From: Minisyncoccota bacterium
Lineage (GTDB): Bacteria; Patescibacteriota; Minisyncoccia; RBG-13-40-8-A
Assembly: GCA_035528175.1 (NCBI GenBank)
Contig: DATKZC010000025.1
Location: 431 to 64,430, forward strand
DNA length: 64,000 bases
Reading direction: 5' to 3'
The first letter of the stretch is position 1. Every line of letters begins with the position of its first letter. The position numbers and the translations under genes were made by a program. The notes beneath the pieces were generated by a model. That model searched no databases, was not told where the DNA came from, and saw only the letters and a list, made by a program, of their open reading frames with translations. Shown in pieces: positions 55,702 to 64,000 of the stretch.

Positions 55702-57234
55702 ATGGATGAATTCATAAGAAAAAACAAAGCATTTTGGTCCCAATTCAAGACCAAGCACGGAGAGAAAAAATTGCTTATTGAGGAACCCGGCCGTGTGATG
55801 ATTACGCATGCGAATGCGGTTTTCTCAATAATGATAAACCAGGCAAAAGATTATATGCCTGTGTGGCTTTGCGGCAAAGATTGCGAAGAAAAAAAGCTAA
55901 TTTTCTCTTATTGCCCTGAAGCAGAAATTATAACCACCAAAGAATGGACGTTTATAAAAATCTATTCTGCTTTAGTCGCTTTTGTTAAATATTTAAAGAT
56001 ATATTTAACCAAAGATGTATTAGGATTCCATTACGATGGCATAAAATACGGCGACATCCTCTACGATGCTTATCTATTTGAAAACAACGTCGCAACCATA
56101 AAAAAAATAGATTTTAAAATTATAAAAATTATCGCCAAGTGCATTTTCCGCCACATTAAGATTAAAAAAACCTTAAATAGCGGTAATTATTTCGGCGTTC
56201 TAGTTTCCCATTTAACCGGCATCAGCAGCGGCGTGATGGCGCGCTGCGCCCTGCGTTATGGCTATTATGTATATGTACGCACCGGCCACCATCGTTCAAG
56301 GCTTCAATTACTAAAAGGCACAGAAAGCTCTTATGATTATCCGCTTACCGCCCATATGACTGATGTTGATAAAATTATTACCCAAGCAGGACCGAACTTA
56401 GAAAAAATATTCCAAAAAACACTGGAAGAAGAAATTATTGGCAAAGGTAATGCAAACAGCATCAATGCCTTTTCAAAAAACAGTTCTTTTTATGATAATC
56501 GTATAGTTTTTAATTCCGATTATCATCTCGACCCGAATAAAAAAAATGTGTTTATCATGTTGCATATTTTCAACGACCACCCGCATTCGCACTTTCGATG
56601 GATGCTTTTCAACGATTATTATGACTGGATGGTGCAGACGCTCAACTTTGCCAAAACAAATAATAAGGTCAATTGGATTTTTAAACAGCATCCTTCAATT
56701 AAAAATTACGTTACTAAAGGTACGGATTTAAACGAATTATTCAAAGACCTACCCCCAAATATCGCTTATATCGATGAAAACAAACAAATAAACACTCAAA
56801 GTTTAATCCATTGCGCAGATTTAATTGTCACCTGCCTTGGTTCTGCTGGTTTTGAATTGCCGGCGATGAAAGCCATTCCCTCGCTGGTTGCTGGCGACAA
56901 CCCTTATACAGGGTTAGGTTTTGCCCTTGAACCGAAAACAAAGAAAGAATATTTTCAAATACTGGAGAATGCCGATAAAATTGACAAAATCAAACCCGAA
57001 GCGCAAAAACGCGCGCAAGCAGCCTTTATTTATATCTACAAAGTTTCCAATATAAATATGTCTGTCTGCCCCATTCTGTCCCAGGCAGAAGAAAAAGACA
57101 AAAACATTAAACAGCGTTATTGGAATATGATTTGCAACCAATATGCTACGAAAAAAGATATTATTTTAAAAGAATTAAACCAATATATTCAAGAAATAGC
57201 TAAGCCAAAATTTAAAAGATTGATTAATGAATAA
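55702..57234 (+). CDS. Unknown polysaccharide-biosynthesis protein, possibly a second Capsule_synth/TagF-like transferase
   Basis: FKQHPSIKNY and DLIVTCLGSAGFE resemble the K.HP and nucleotide-sugar-binding C-terminal half of KpsS/TagF-like enzymes. Weak call. Confidence 0.3.
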   Translation: MDEFIRKNKAFWSQFKTKHGEKKLLIEEPGRVMITHANAVFSIMINQAKDYMPVWLCGKDCEEKKLIFSYCPEAEIITTKEWTFIKIYSALVAFVKYLKIYLTKDVLGFHYDGIKYGDILYDAYLFENNVATIKKIDFKIIKIIAKCIFRHIKIKKTLNSGNYFGVLVSHLTGISSGVMARCALRYGYYVYVRTGHHRSRLQLLKGTESSYDYPLTAHMTDVDKIITQAGPNLEKIFQKTLEEEIIGKGNANSINAFSKNSSFYDNRIVFNSDYHLDPNKKNVFIMLHIFNDHPHSHFRWMLFNDYYDWMVQTLNFAKTNNKVNWIFKQHPSIKNYVTKGTDLNELFKDLPPNIAYIDENKQINTQSLIHCADLIVTCLGSAGFELPAMKAIPSLVAGDNPYTGLGFALEPKTKKEYFQILENADKIDKIKPEAQKRAQAAFIYIYKVSNINMSVCPILSQAEEKDKNIKQRYWNMICNQYATKKDIILKELNQYIQEIAKPKFKRLINE

Positions 57235-58402
57235 AAACAACATAGCCATTAGTCTTTTGCAAATTTCGCACCACAGCCCTACTGGTGTTTTTGTTTATGT
57301 TCAAAGTCTCTTGGATAATCTTTTAAAAATCGATAAAAACAATGAATATTATCTTTTGCTGAGACTTAACGATTTTAGATATTTCCGAAAAAGATACAAA
57401 AATGACAAAAATATCAAATTGAAAATCATTGATATGCGCCGCGACTTACTATTTAATCCTGTGAGGGCATGTTTAAAAATAATCGCAGGCATAAAGAAAG
57501 ACAAATCCGCAAAAGAAGAGATTTTAAGAAAAGAAATACAAAAACTTACGGATGAAAATAATATAAATATATTCTTTTTCCCTTCAGGGATTATTTATCC
57601 TAAAAACATTAAAAATACAAAGAAAATCGTTACTATCTGTGATTTACAGTATGAATATTTCCCTGAAAACTTCCCCGGAAAATATTTAAAATACAGAAAA
57701 GAAAGCCACCGATATGCTATGCTAAATTCCGACCGGATTATTGCTATTTCCAATTATACCCGCAATACCATTATTGAAAATTATGGCATTAGCCCGGAAA
57801 AAATTACCACAATTTATCTTGGCACCGACGCTAAAAAAATAAAAAAAGGTAATATTTTATTACCCAACAATTTCATCTTCTATCCAGCCGCCGTATGGCC
57901 ACACAAAAACCACAAAATACTTATTGATTTATTGAAAAAAATCGAGATCCAGTTCCCCGACCTATGTCTTGTTTTTACCGGAATGATAAAAAATCATGGT
58001 TTAAAAAAAGAAATTGATAATCTTATTAATAATTATAATTTGTCAAAAAAAATAATCTTTCTTGGATATGTCTCAGATAACAATTTAAACTGCATTTATC
58101 AAAATGCGAAAGTCTTAATCTATCCTTCTTCTTTTGAGGGTTTCGGTTTGCCAATTATAGAGGCTTTCAAACACAAATTGCCTGTTATAGCTGCTGACAA
58201 TACTAGTATTCGCGAGATTGTCGAAGACGCAGGACTGCTGTTTGAAACTAATAATCTGGAAATGCTTGCTGATTGCGTAAAAAAAATTCTCACAGACCAA
58301 AGCCTGAGAGAACATTTGATAAATAATGGTTTTGAGCGTGCGAAAAATTTTACCTGGGAAAATACCGCGCTGGAAACGCTTTCACTTTTTAATAAGCTGT
58401 AA
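57227..58402 (+). CDS. GT4-family glycosyltransferase
   Basis: YPSSFEGFGLPIIEAFKHKLPVIAADNTSIREIV (the E-x7-E GT4 motif region). Confidence 0.8.
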   Translation: MNKNNIAISLLQISHHSPTGVFVYVQSLLDNLLKIDKNNEYYLLLRLNDFRYFRKRYKNDKNIKLKIIDMRRDLLFNPVRACLKIIAGIKKDKSAKEEILRKEIQKLTDENNINIFFFPSGIIYPKNIKNTKKIVTICDLQYEYFPENFPGKYLKYRKESHRYAMLNSDRIIAISNYTRNTIIENYGISPEKITTIYLGTDAKKIKKGNILLPNNFIFYPAAVWPHKNHKILIDLLKKIEIQFPDLCLVFTGMIKNHGLKKEIDNLINNYNLSKKIIFLGYVSDNNLNCIYQNAKVLIYPSSFEGFGLPIIEAFKHKLPVIAADNTSIREIVEDAGLLFETNNLEMLADCVKKILTDQSLREHLINNGFERAKNFTWENTALETLSLFNKL

Positions 58403-59500
58403 GCATAAACTCAGTAATTCATTGCCCAAAACTGCAGGAGTTAATTTCTCCTGATATAATTTATAGCCGTTATCGGCTATTTTTTTACCCAATTCCGGAT
58501 TATTCTTAAGTTCTATTATTTTTTCAGCTAAATCTTCTGGATCTGCCAAATTAACCAATAAACAGTTTTCCCTGTCTCGCAATAATTCTTTTATCCCGTC
58601 TCCATTACCGTTAATATAGGGTAATTTTATTGCTAAATATTCAAATGCCTTGTAAGGAACTGTTCTTTTTAAGCGTTCATGGCTTTCAATTTGCCCGATG
58701 CCAATGTCTGCAGAAAGCATTTTCTCGCGCAGCTCATCAATAGTCAGACGCCTGGATATCAATTCAACATTCCCCAAACCGAGATCTTTAATCTGTTTTT
58801 GGATTTCTTCTTCTAAGAGACCGAAGCCTAATATCAAAAATTTAATATCTTCATCTTTTAAAATTTTGGCTGTTTTTAAAATGTGCCTTACCCCTGCTTC
58901 GGGAAGCAGCCTTCCGCGGAATAAAACAGTAAACTTCCCAATTCTTTCTGGCCTTGCTTCTGGATAAAAAATAGCATCATTGGCACCGGTATAAAGCCTG
59001 GCGAATTTTTTTTCCTTGATTTTAAACTTCTTAACCAAATAATCTTTCTGTTTGCTAGTTTCTACTAATACTAAATCGGAAAGCCTAAATGCCAGCCAAT
59101 CAATAAGCCAAATGCGCCAGGCAAAAGGAGAATATGAAGCATGCTTGCCTCTTGATACAATACTCGCTTCATACAAAGAAGTCATGGCATTAAAAACTAT
59201 CGGCTTGCTGGAAATTAATTTTGCGAACGGAACTAAAAAATGGCCAGCGTATCCGACAATCATCACATCATATTTTTTCCTGATTTTCCAATGCTTGGCA
59301 AATAATTTGAAGTATTTTGCGATTCCTGAGCTGCTATCTGAGCATTCAATTACTTCAACATTATTCTGTCTTAGTCCCCTGAGATAAACTTCATTCCTGG
59401 CTAATTCAGAATTATACGCGCCAAAATAACAAATTGTGGGTTTATTATTTATCATATAACTATTTTTTATTAAGCATGTAGATATATTGATTAATTCCAA
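58382..59500 (-). CDS. GT4-like glycosyltransferase
   Basis: GT-B two-domain outline. The C-terminal domain has FEYLAIKLPYINGNGDGIKELL in the position of the GT4 E-x7-E region. Its 3' end overlaps the convergent GT4 by 21 bp. Confidence 0.65.
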   Translation of the reverse strand: MELINISTCLIKNSYMINNKPTICYFGAYNSELARNEVYLRGLRQNNVEVIECSDSSSGIAKYFKLFAKHWKIRKKYDVMIVGYAGHFLVPFAKLISSKPIVFNAMTSLYEASIVSRGKHASYSPFAWRIWLIDWLAFRLSDLVLVETSKQKDYLVKKFKIKEKKFARLYTGANDAIFYPEARPERIGKFTVLFRGRLLPEAGVRHILKTAKILKDEDIKFLILGFGLLEEEIQKQIKDLGLGNVELISRRLTIDELREKMLSADIGIGQIESHERLKRTVPYKAFEYLAIKLPYINGNGDGIKELLRDRENCLLVNLADPEDLAEKIIELKNNPELGKKIADNGYKLYQEKLTPAVLGNELLSLCLQLIKK

Positions 59501-60083
59501 GCATTATATTCTCTTTGCGCATAACCTGAAAATGATTTTCAATTTCTTTATTAATTCTATTTACAGATTTACGATCAACAACCCAATGGTGATGACTGGA
59601 ATAAGGAAACTTGGTTAAGATATTCTGGGCAATCCTTAAAAATGACCTCTTCAAGATTTTTCTGATAAACGGAAATCTTAAAATACATTCAAAGCCAACT
59701 TGCCTCACCGGCAGAGACAAAACAACCCATTTTCTAGTAATCTGGTGTATTCTCGAAAGTATTTTTGAAAAATAATCGAATGGAATATGTTCCAAAACCT
59801 GGCAAATAACAACGCAATCAAATTCATTGTCTTTAAATGGTAAATTTATAACATCGCCGACAATGTCGGGATTTAATTCTTGATCTATATCAAAAGTAAT
59901 AAGTTCTATTCCGGGAATCTTTTTTAAATAATCAGGGACCAAACCATCTCCAACACCGACAAAAAGAATCTTTTTTGCCTCGGTTTTCCTGATAAAATCA
60001 ATCTGATAATAGTACGAGATAAAACGCCTTAGATCTGCGTATCTTTCCTGAAAATAATGATTTTTATCAACCTGTAATTCCAT
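59460..60083 (-). CDS. Class I SAM-dependent methyltransferase (Methyltransf_11-like)
   Basis: ILFVGVGDGLV (motif I), VVICQVLEHIP. Confidence 0.7.
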   Translation of the reverse strand: MELQVDKNHYFQERYADLRRFISYYYQIDFIRKTEAKKILFVGVGDGLVPDYLKKIPGIELITFDIDQELNPDIVGDVINLPFKDNEFDCVVICQVLEHIPFDYFSKILSRIHQITRKWVVLSLPVRQVGFECILRFPFIRKILKRSFLRIAQNILTKFPYSSHHHWVVDRKSVNRINKEIENHFQVMRKENIMLGINQYIYMLNKK

Positions 60084-60749
60084 TTATTTTTTACACTCAA
60101 AATAATAAATTAAAACATATTTATCTTTATTGTGTATTTTTCTGATTCTGGCGATGATTTTATCCAATAAAATTGCCGGAAACATAAAGATGGGGCGGAG
60201 GAATCTTGGAATTGAAAAGGAAATTGTATAGTACCCCACAACAAATGGCCCATAGCCCAGCGCCTCAATCCGCACCTCTGCGAAGCCGGATGCTTTAAAA
60301 ATCCCTTCCAATGCCGACTTGGTATAGCGGAAATAATCATTAGGATCAGCATGCACGCTAGCCAGAAATGGAACTGCGCCGATTAGCCTGCCTCCTTGTC
60401 TCAAAACGCGGTGAGCTTCGCCAATTAGATTCCTATAATCGAAAATATGTTCCAGTAAATTAAAGCAAAGAACATAATCAAATTCTTTATCGTCAAATGG
60501 AAACTTCTGCTCTAAATCAGCATAAACATCGGGTTTTCTTTCATCCGAAACGTCAACTGAAATGATTTTAGAATCTTTGCTTATTTTTAAAAAATCATGG
60601 TAGCTTGGACGGATTGTTCCTGAACCCAAATCTAAAATCCTGCCATCTAATTCCTGGACTTTTCTCAGCCTATTATTCATTAAAATCCTAAGTATGGTTT
60701 TATCCTTTAGCGTCCCTATTATTAAATCTTTAAACAATTTGTTCCTCAT
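60084..60749 (-). CDS. Class I SAM-dependent methyltransferase (Methyltransf_11-like), tandem paralog
   Basis: RILDLGSGT (motif I), YVLCFNLLEHI, LRQGGRLI. Confidence 0.7.
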   Translation of the reverse strand: MRNKLFKDLIIGTLKDKTILRILMNNRLRKVQELDGRILDLGSGTIRPSYHDFLKISKDSKIISVDVSDERKPDVYADLEQKFPFDDKEFDYVLCFNLLEHIFDYRNLIGEAHRVLRQGGRLIGAVPFLASVHADPNDYFRYTKSALEGIFKASGFAEVRIEALGYGPFVVGYYTISFSIPRFLRPIFMFPAILLDKIIARIRKIHNKDKYVLIYYFECKK

Positions 60750-61845
60750 TTTTATCAGCTCTTAATCCCAATTTACAGCAACGCTTACAAATTGGCAATA
60801 AGTTATTTTTTACTAATTTATTCCTAAACGATTTGAATTCCTCCTTGTTCCAAATCTGCTCCATTGTTTCATTAAGCAGATTGCCGAAAGGCTTTTTGAT
60901 AAAAGGGCAAAAAATCACATCGCCCTGGGCATTAACCCTACCAACAAACATATTCTTGCAGACAAGCTTGGTTTTGCCTCTTAATCTCCCGCCATAGAGT
61001 TCTTCGGGGAAAGAATCGAAAATATCTGGATGTATAACTACATTTATCCCTTTGATTTTCCTTATTTTACTAATTGTCTCTTTTAATTTATTGAAAGAAA
61101 ATTTATACCCGGGCTGGCTTGATATTGAAGTTGCAAATGCCGGATTCTCTTCGACTAATATCTTTTTAGAAGCAACGGCTTCCTCGGCAGTAGAAAACAT
61201 TTCCATGGTCAACCCAAAATTAATCACTCCCATATTGCTTAGATATTGGACTAAATCATAAAGCTCATCAAGATTGCTCTCCATCATTACCGAATTGACG
61301 CTTACATTAAAATCGTTTTTAAGCAGGTTTATCGCCTTAATCGTTCTATCAAAAGCCGAATTAAGCCCTCTGATTTTATTATGCGTCTCTTTTGAACCAT
61401 CAAGAGAAAAACCGATGCCGCGAATCCCATTTTTATATTTTTTCAGCTTTTCAGCAACTTCTTCGTTTATCAAGGTGCCATTACTTGTCAGATACAGCTT
61501 GATTCCTCTTTTTATAAACTCTTCTATAATTTGGAAAATATCCGGTCTGGTAAAAATTTCCGCTCCTATCAACGAAGCTTGTTTAATATTGCCAAGATTA
61601 TTGATAACTTTCTTGATTTCTTCAAAAGACAAATCGCGCTTTCCCAATAATCTTTCTTCTTTTTGGTAGCACATCACGCAGTTCAAATTGCATTTTGTGG
61701 TTAATTCAAAACCCACAGACAGCGGCAAATCTGCTGTCCCATCTGGCAATAAAATTTGTCGGCGGCTACGAAAAAAAACCCTCTTTATTGGGTCTGCCAA
61801 GCGAAGCTTCTTAGTAATTCTAATAGCTAAAATCCTGAAATTCAT
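60730..61845 (-). CDS. Radical SAM enzyme with C-terminal SPASM/twitch domain (paralog of 38672-39781)
   Basis: CNLNCVMCYQ (CxxxCxxC), GxE-like LIGAEIFTRPD, and a C-terminal Cys cluster (CKNMF...CPFIKKPFGN...PICKRCC). Confidence 0.7.
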   Translation of the reverse strand: MNFRILAIRITKKLRLADPIKRVFFRSRRQILLPDGTADLPLSVGFELTTKCNLNCVMCYQKEERLLGKRDLSFEEIKKVINNLGNIKQASLIGAEIFTRPDIFQIIEEFIKRGIKLYLTSNGTLINEEVAEKLKKYKNGIRGIGFSLDGSKETHNKIRGLNSAFDRTIKAINLLKNDFNVSVNSVMMESNLDELYDLVQYLSNMGVINFGLTMEMFSTAEEAVASKKILVEENPAFATSISSQPGYKFSFNKLKETISKIRKIKGINVVIHPDIFDSFPEELYGGRLRGKTKLVCKNMFVGRVNAQGDVIFCPFIKKPFGNLLNETMEQIWNKEEFKSFRNKLVKNNLLPICKRCCKLGLRADKNEEQIV

Positions 61846-62939
61846 AATTCAAATAATGCTATAAATTTATTAACTACTTTTTCTAAAGAATATTCCTTGA
61901 CTTTTTGTAGCTCTTCTTTTCTGAACGCCTCATAAACTTTTTGGTCCGAGAGCAGATTCTCTATTTTGTGAGCGAACATTTCGACGTCGCCAGATTTAAC
62001 CAGGAACCTTTGTGCTGTTTCTGCAGATATTTCGCGCACTGCGCCAACATCAGAAGCGACATATGGAACGCCCATGGCCATTGCCTCTAGTAATACCCTG
62101 GGAAACCCTTCTTCCATTGACGGCATAATAAATATATCCGTCTTTTTATAATACTCAATAATATCTTCGTTGGGAACGGGGCCAAGAATCTTAATAACGC
62201 TTTTCAACTTATTCTCTTCTACCTCTCTAGATAAATCATCTTTATACGGCCCGTCGCCGATAACCAATAATTTATAATCCACTGATTTCAATTGAAAGTC
62301 CTGGTTTAAATGCCTGACAATCGGCACAATCATATCAGCGCCTTTTCTTTTTGAAAGCCAATGCACGAATAAAAATGTTTTTTCTTTTGATGAAGGGGCC
62401 TCCGCGGGCTGAAATCGTTCCAGATTTATCCAATTCGGCATCACTTTTATTTTCTCAGGATCCAAATGATAATGCTCGATATATCCCTGCTTCATTCCTT
62501 CGCCTCCGGTCACCAGATAGTGGGACAGTTTCAAACTTAATTCATAGCCGATTTTAGACGAATCTTTCTTTTTGAACAGCCAATTCATTGCGCAATTCCA
62601 ATAATATGATTTTCCGCCGAAAACCCTGGAAACAATAGCCGCATTCACTCCTCCAATATAGCAATAATGCGTATAAAAATTCTTATATCCTTTAATTCTG
62701 GCTTTAAGTATAATAATGAAGCTCTCAATAAAGCGCAAAGGAATAAATTTAAATTTTTGCACATAAACCGCATTCGCAATTTTAATATCTTCGGTTTTAA
62801 CATTCGATTTTTCAACGATTAAAAATATATCCGCTTTTTGCGAAGCCTTTTCCAGAAATTCATAGACATGAAAGAAGTGACTGTCAGTTTTTTGGTTATA
62901 ATCAGGAAGAATGTAGCAAACTTTCAAAGATTTTTGCAT
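61842..62939 (-). CDS. GT4-family glycosyltransferase
   Basis: MPSMEEGFPRVLLEAMAMGVPYVASDVGAVREI. Confidence 0.75.
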   Translation of the reverse strand: MQKSLKVCYILPDYNQKTDSHFFHVYEFLEKASQKADIFLIVEKSNVKTEDIKIANAVYVQKFKFIPLRFIESFIIILKARIKGYKNFYTHYCYIGGVNAAIVSRVFGGKSYYWNCAMNWLFKKKDSSKIGYELSLKLSHYLVTGGEGMKQGYIEHYHLDPEKIKVMPNWINLERFQPAEAPSSKEKTFLFVHWLSKRKGADMIVPIVRHLNQDFQLKSVDYKLLVIGDGPYKDDLSREVEENKLKSVIKILGPVPNEDIIEYYKKTDIFIMPSMEEGFPRVLLEAMAMGVPYVASDVGAVREISAETAQRFLVKSGDVEMFAHKIENLLSDQKVYEAFRKEELQKVKEYSLEKVVNKFIALFEL

Positions 62940-63993
62940 AATTTTCTATTATTTTTTTTCTCTCGAATTGCTGTACGGTTTGATAGCCGTTTTCGACAAT
63001 TTTTTCCCTTAATCCGTTATTGTCCAGCAATAATTTAATTTTATCAGCAATATCCTTTGCATTCCAATCCATAAACACGCCATTGGCTTGTTCCGAATCA
63101 ATTGAAGGATCACGGATTATATCCAGCATAATTCCAACCTTACTGGTTATTACTGCCGTTTTGCAGGCCATTGCCTCCAATGTCACTCTCGGTCCGCCTT
63201 CATTAAATGACGGCATAACCATAATCTTGGACTGGTTATAAATCCTTGCCACATCGCCTGCGGTTTGAAGCCATCCGGAAAACTCTATATTTCCACCAAG
63301 ATTATGCTTTTTGATATATTTTTGGATTTTATCTTTTTGCGATCCTTCACCGATAATTATCGTTTTTAATTCAAAATTGCCGCCTTTTAATACATTAATC
63401 GCCTCCAACAGCAGATTAATGCCCTTATTTTTAGCCAGGCGCCCGGCGAAGACCAAATCGTATTTCTTTTCTAAGTCTAAAAAGGAAAATGTCTCCAAAT
63501 CAATATAAGCCGATGGCGCATAAATGATTTTCTTGCTGTCAACTCCGTATCTTTTTAAAAACCCCGGCGTCTGCTTCTGATTTACGACTCTCACTATTGC
63601 TGCTTTTTTGGCGCTGTATCTGATGAATATTTTATTTAAAAATCTGTAAAAGCGCTCTTTAGTATTCCCGGCCCTGGGATAGCCGGTAATGTGGTGCACT
63701 TCAAGAATAAACGGCTTCTTTATTTTGTTATGCAGCCAACATCCACCAATATCATTATAAAACGGGGGGTAGCTGTGAGTCGTGAAAAAATCGAATTTCT
63801 GTTCTTTAAAAATTTCCGTCCCTTTTTTAAGAATAAACCAAGGATGAAAGATTTTCGGCAAATTTGAACTATGTACATATACATTATTAAAAAACTTTTG
63901 AACAAAGGGTTTTGCTTGCCCGCCGAAGCATTGGCGAAGGCGGGGGCAAATAATATCGATTCTTTCCCAATAACGAGAAAATTCCTCCAGCAT
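62902..63993 (-). CDS. GT4-family glycosyltransferase
   Basis: MPSFNEGGPRVTLEAMACKTAVITSKVGIMLDII. Overlaps the downstream GT4 by 38 bp. Confidence 0.75.
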   Translation of the reverse strand: MLEEFSRYWERIDIICPRLRQCFGGQAKPFVQKFFNNVYVHSSNLPKIFHPWFILKKGTEIFKEQKFDFFTTHSYPPFYNDIGGCWLHNKIKKPFILEVHHITGYPRAGNTKERFYRFLNKIFIRYSAKKAAIVRVVNQKQTPGFLKRYGVDSKKIIYAPSAYIDLETFSFLDLEKKYDLVFAGRLAKNKGINLLLEAINVLKGGNFELKTIIIGEGSQKDKIQKYIKKHNLGGNIEFSGWLQTAGDVARIYNQSKIMVMPSFNEGGPRVTLEAMACKTAVITSKVGIMLDIIRDPSIDSEQANGVFMDWNAKDIADKIKLLLDNNGLREKIVENGYQTVQQFERKKIIENYAKIFESLLHSS

Positions 63994-64000
63994 ATAATAA

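Noticed and set aside
1-64000. CRISPR arrays, integrases, transposases and rRNA
   Set aside because: Scanned for regularly spaced direct repeats of 25-40 bp, tyrosine or serine recombinase motifs, DDE transposase motifs and rRNA-like GC-rich blocks. None were found. The only repeat arrays are the three 10-bp-spaced TGACAC boxes at 40844-40869 and the short palindrome at 19231-19267.

Overview
The window is AT-rich (roughly one-third GC), gene-dense, and uses mostly short or absent Shine-Dalgarno sequences. Gene content is that of a reduced-genome bacterium, and the overall look is Patescibacteria/CPR-like; that lineage call is inference. Positions 1-32,000 are mostly housekeeping genes on the minus strand: partial trxB, glutaredoxin, a radical SAM, NifU/NifS, a GH1 beta-glucosidase, tyrS, tRNA-Gln, a short dnaX, serS, lysS, secDF and secA. 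Several accessory pieces interrupt this block. There are two paralogous modules of a membrane domain plus a TraD/VirD4-like P-loop ATPase, one fused at 11,076-13,529 and one split at 20,161-22,993. An overlapping pair of a HEPN-like gene and an unknown partner lies at 19,297-20,117. A small membrane-protein gene carries unusually strong expression signals and a perfect palindrome. One protein combines a sigma-70 region 4 domain with a HARE-HTH-like domain. Two structured intergenic RNA candidates lie at about 27,600-27,756 and 32,045-32,317. Positions 33,600-64,000 are a large surface-glycan biosynthesis island. It encodes an O-antigen-ligase-TPR fusion, a priming sugar phosphotransferase, a Wzm/Wzt ABC exporter, a nonulosonic-acid core (PseB-like dehydratase, NeuB/PseI-like synthase, CMP-sugar cytidylyltransferase, class III aminotransferase), two tandem cobalamin-binding radical SAM enzymes, two paralogous radical SAM/SPASM enzymes, two Capsule_synth-like proteins, three SAM methyltransferases, one GT2 and five GT4 glycosyltransferases. 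It also contains an excisionase-family HTH gene behind a promoter with three TGACAC repeats at exact 10-bp spacing. No CRISPR array, integrase, transposase or rRNA was seen. All functional calls come from reading motifs by eye; no database search was run.
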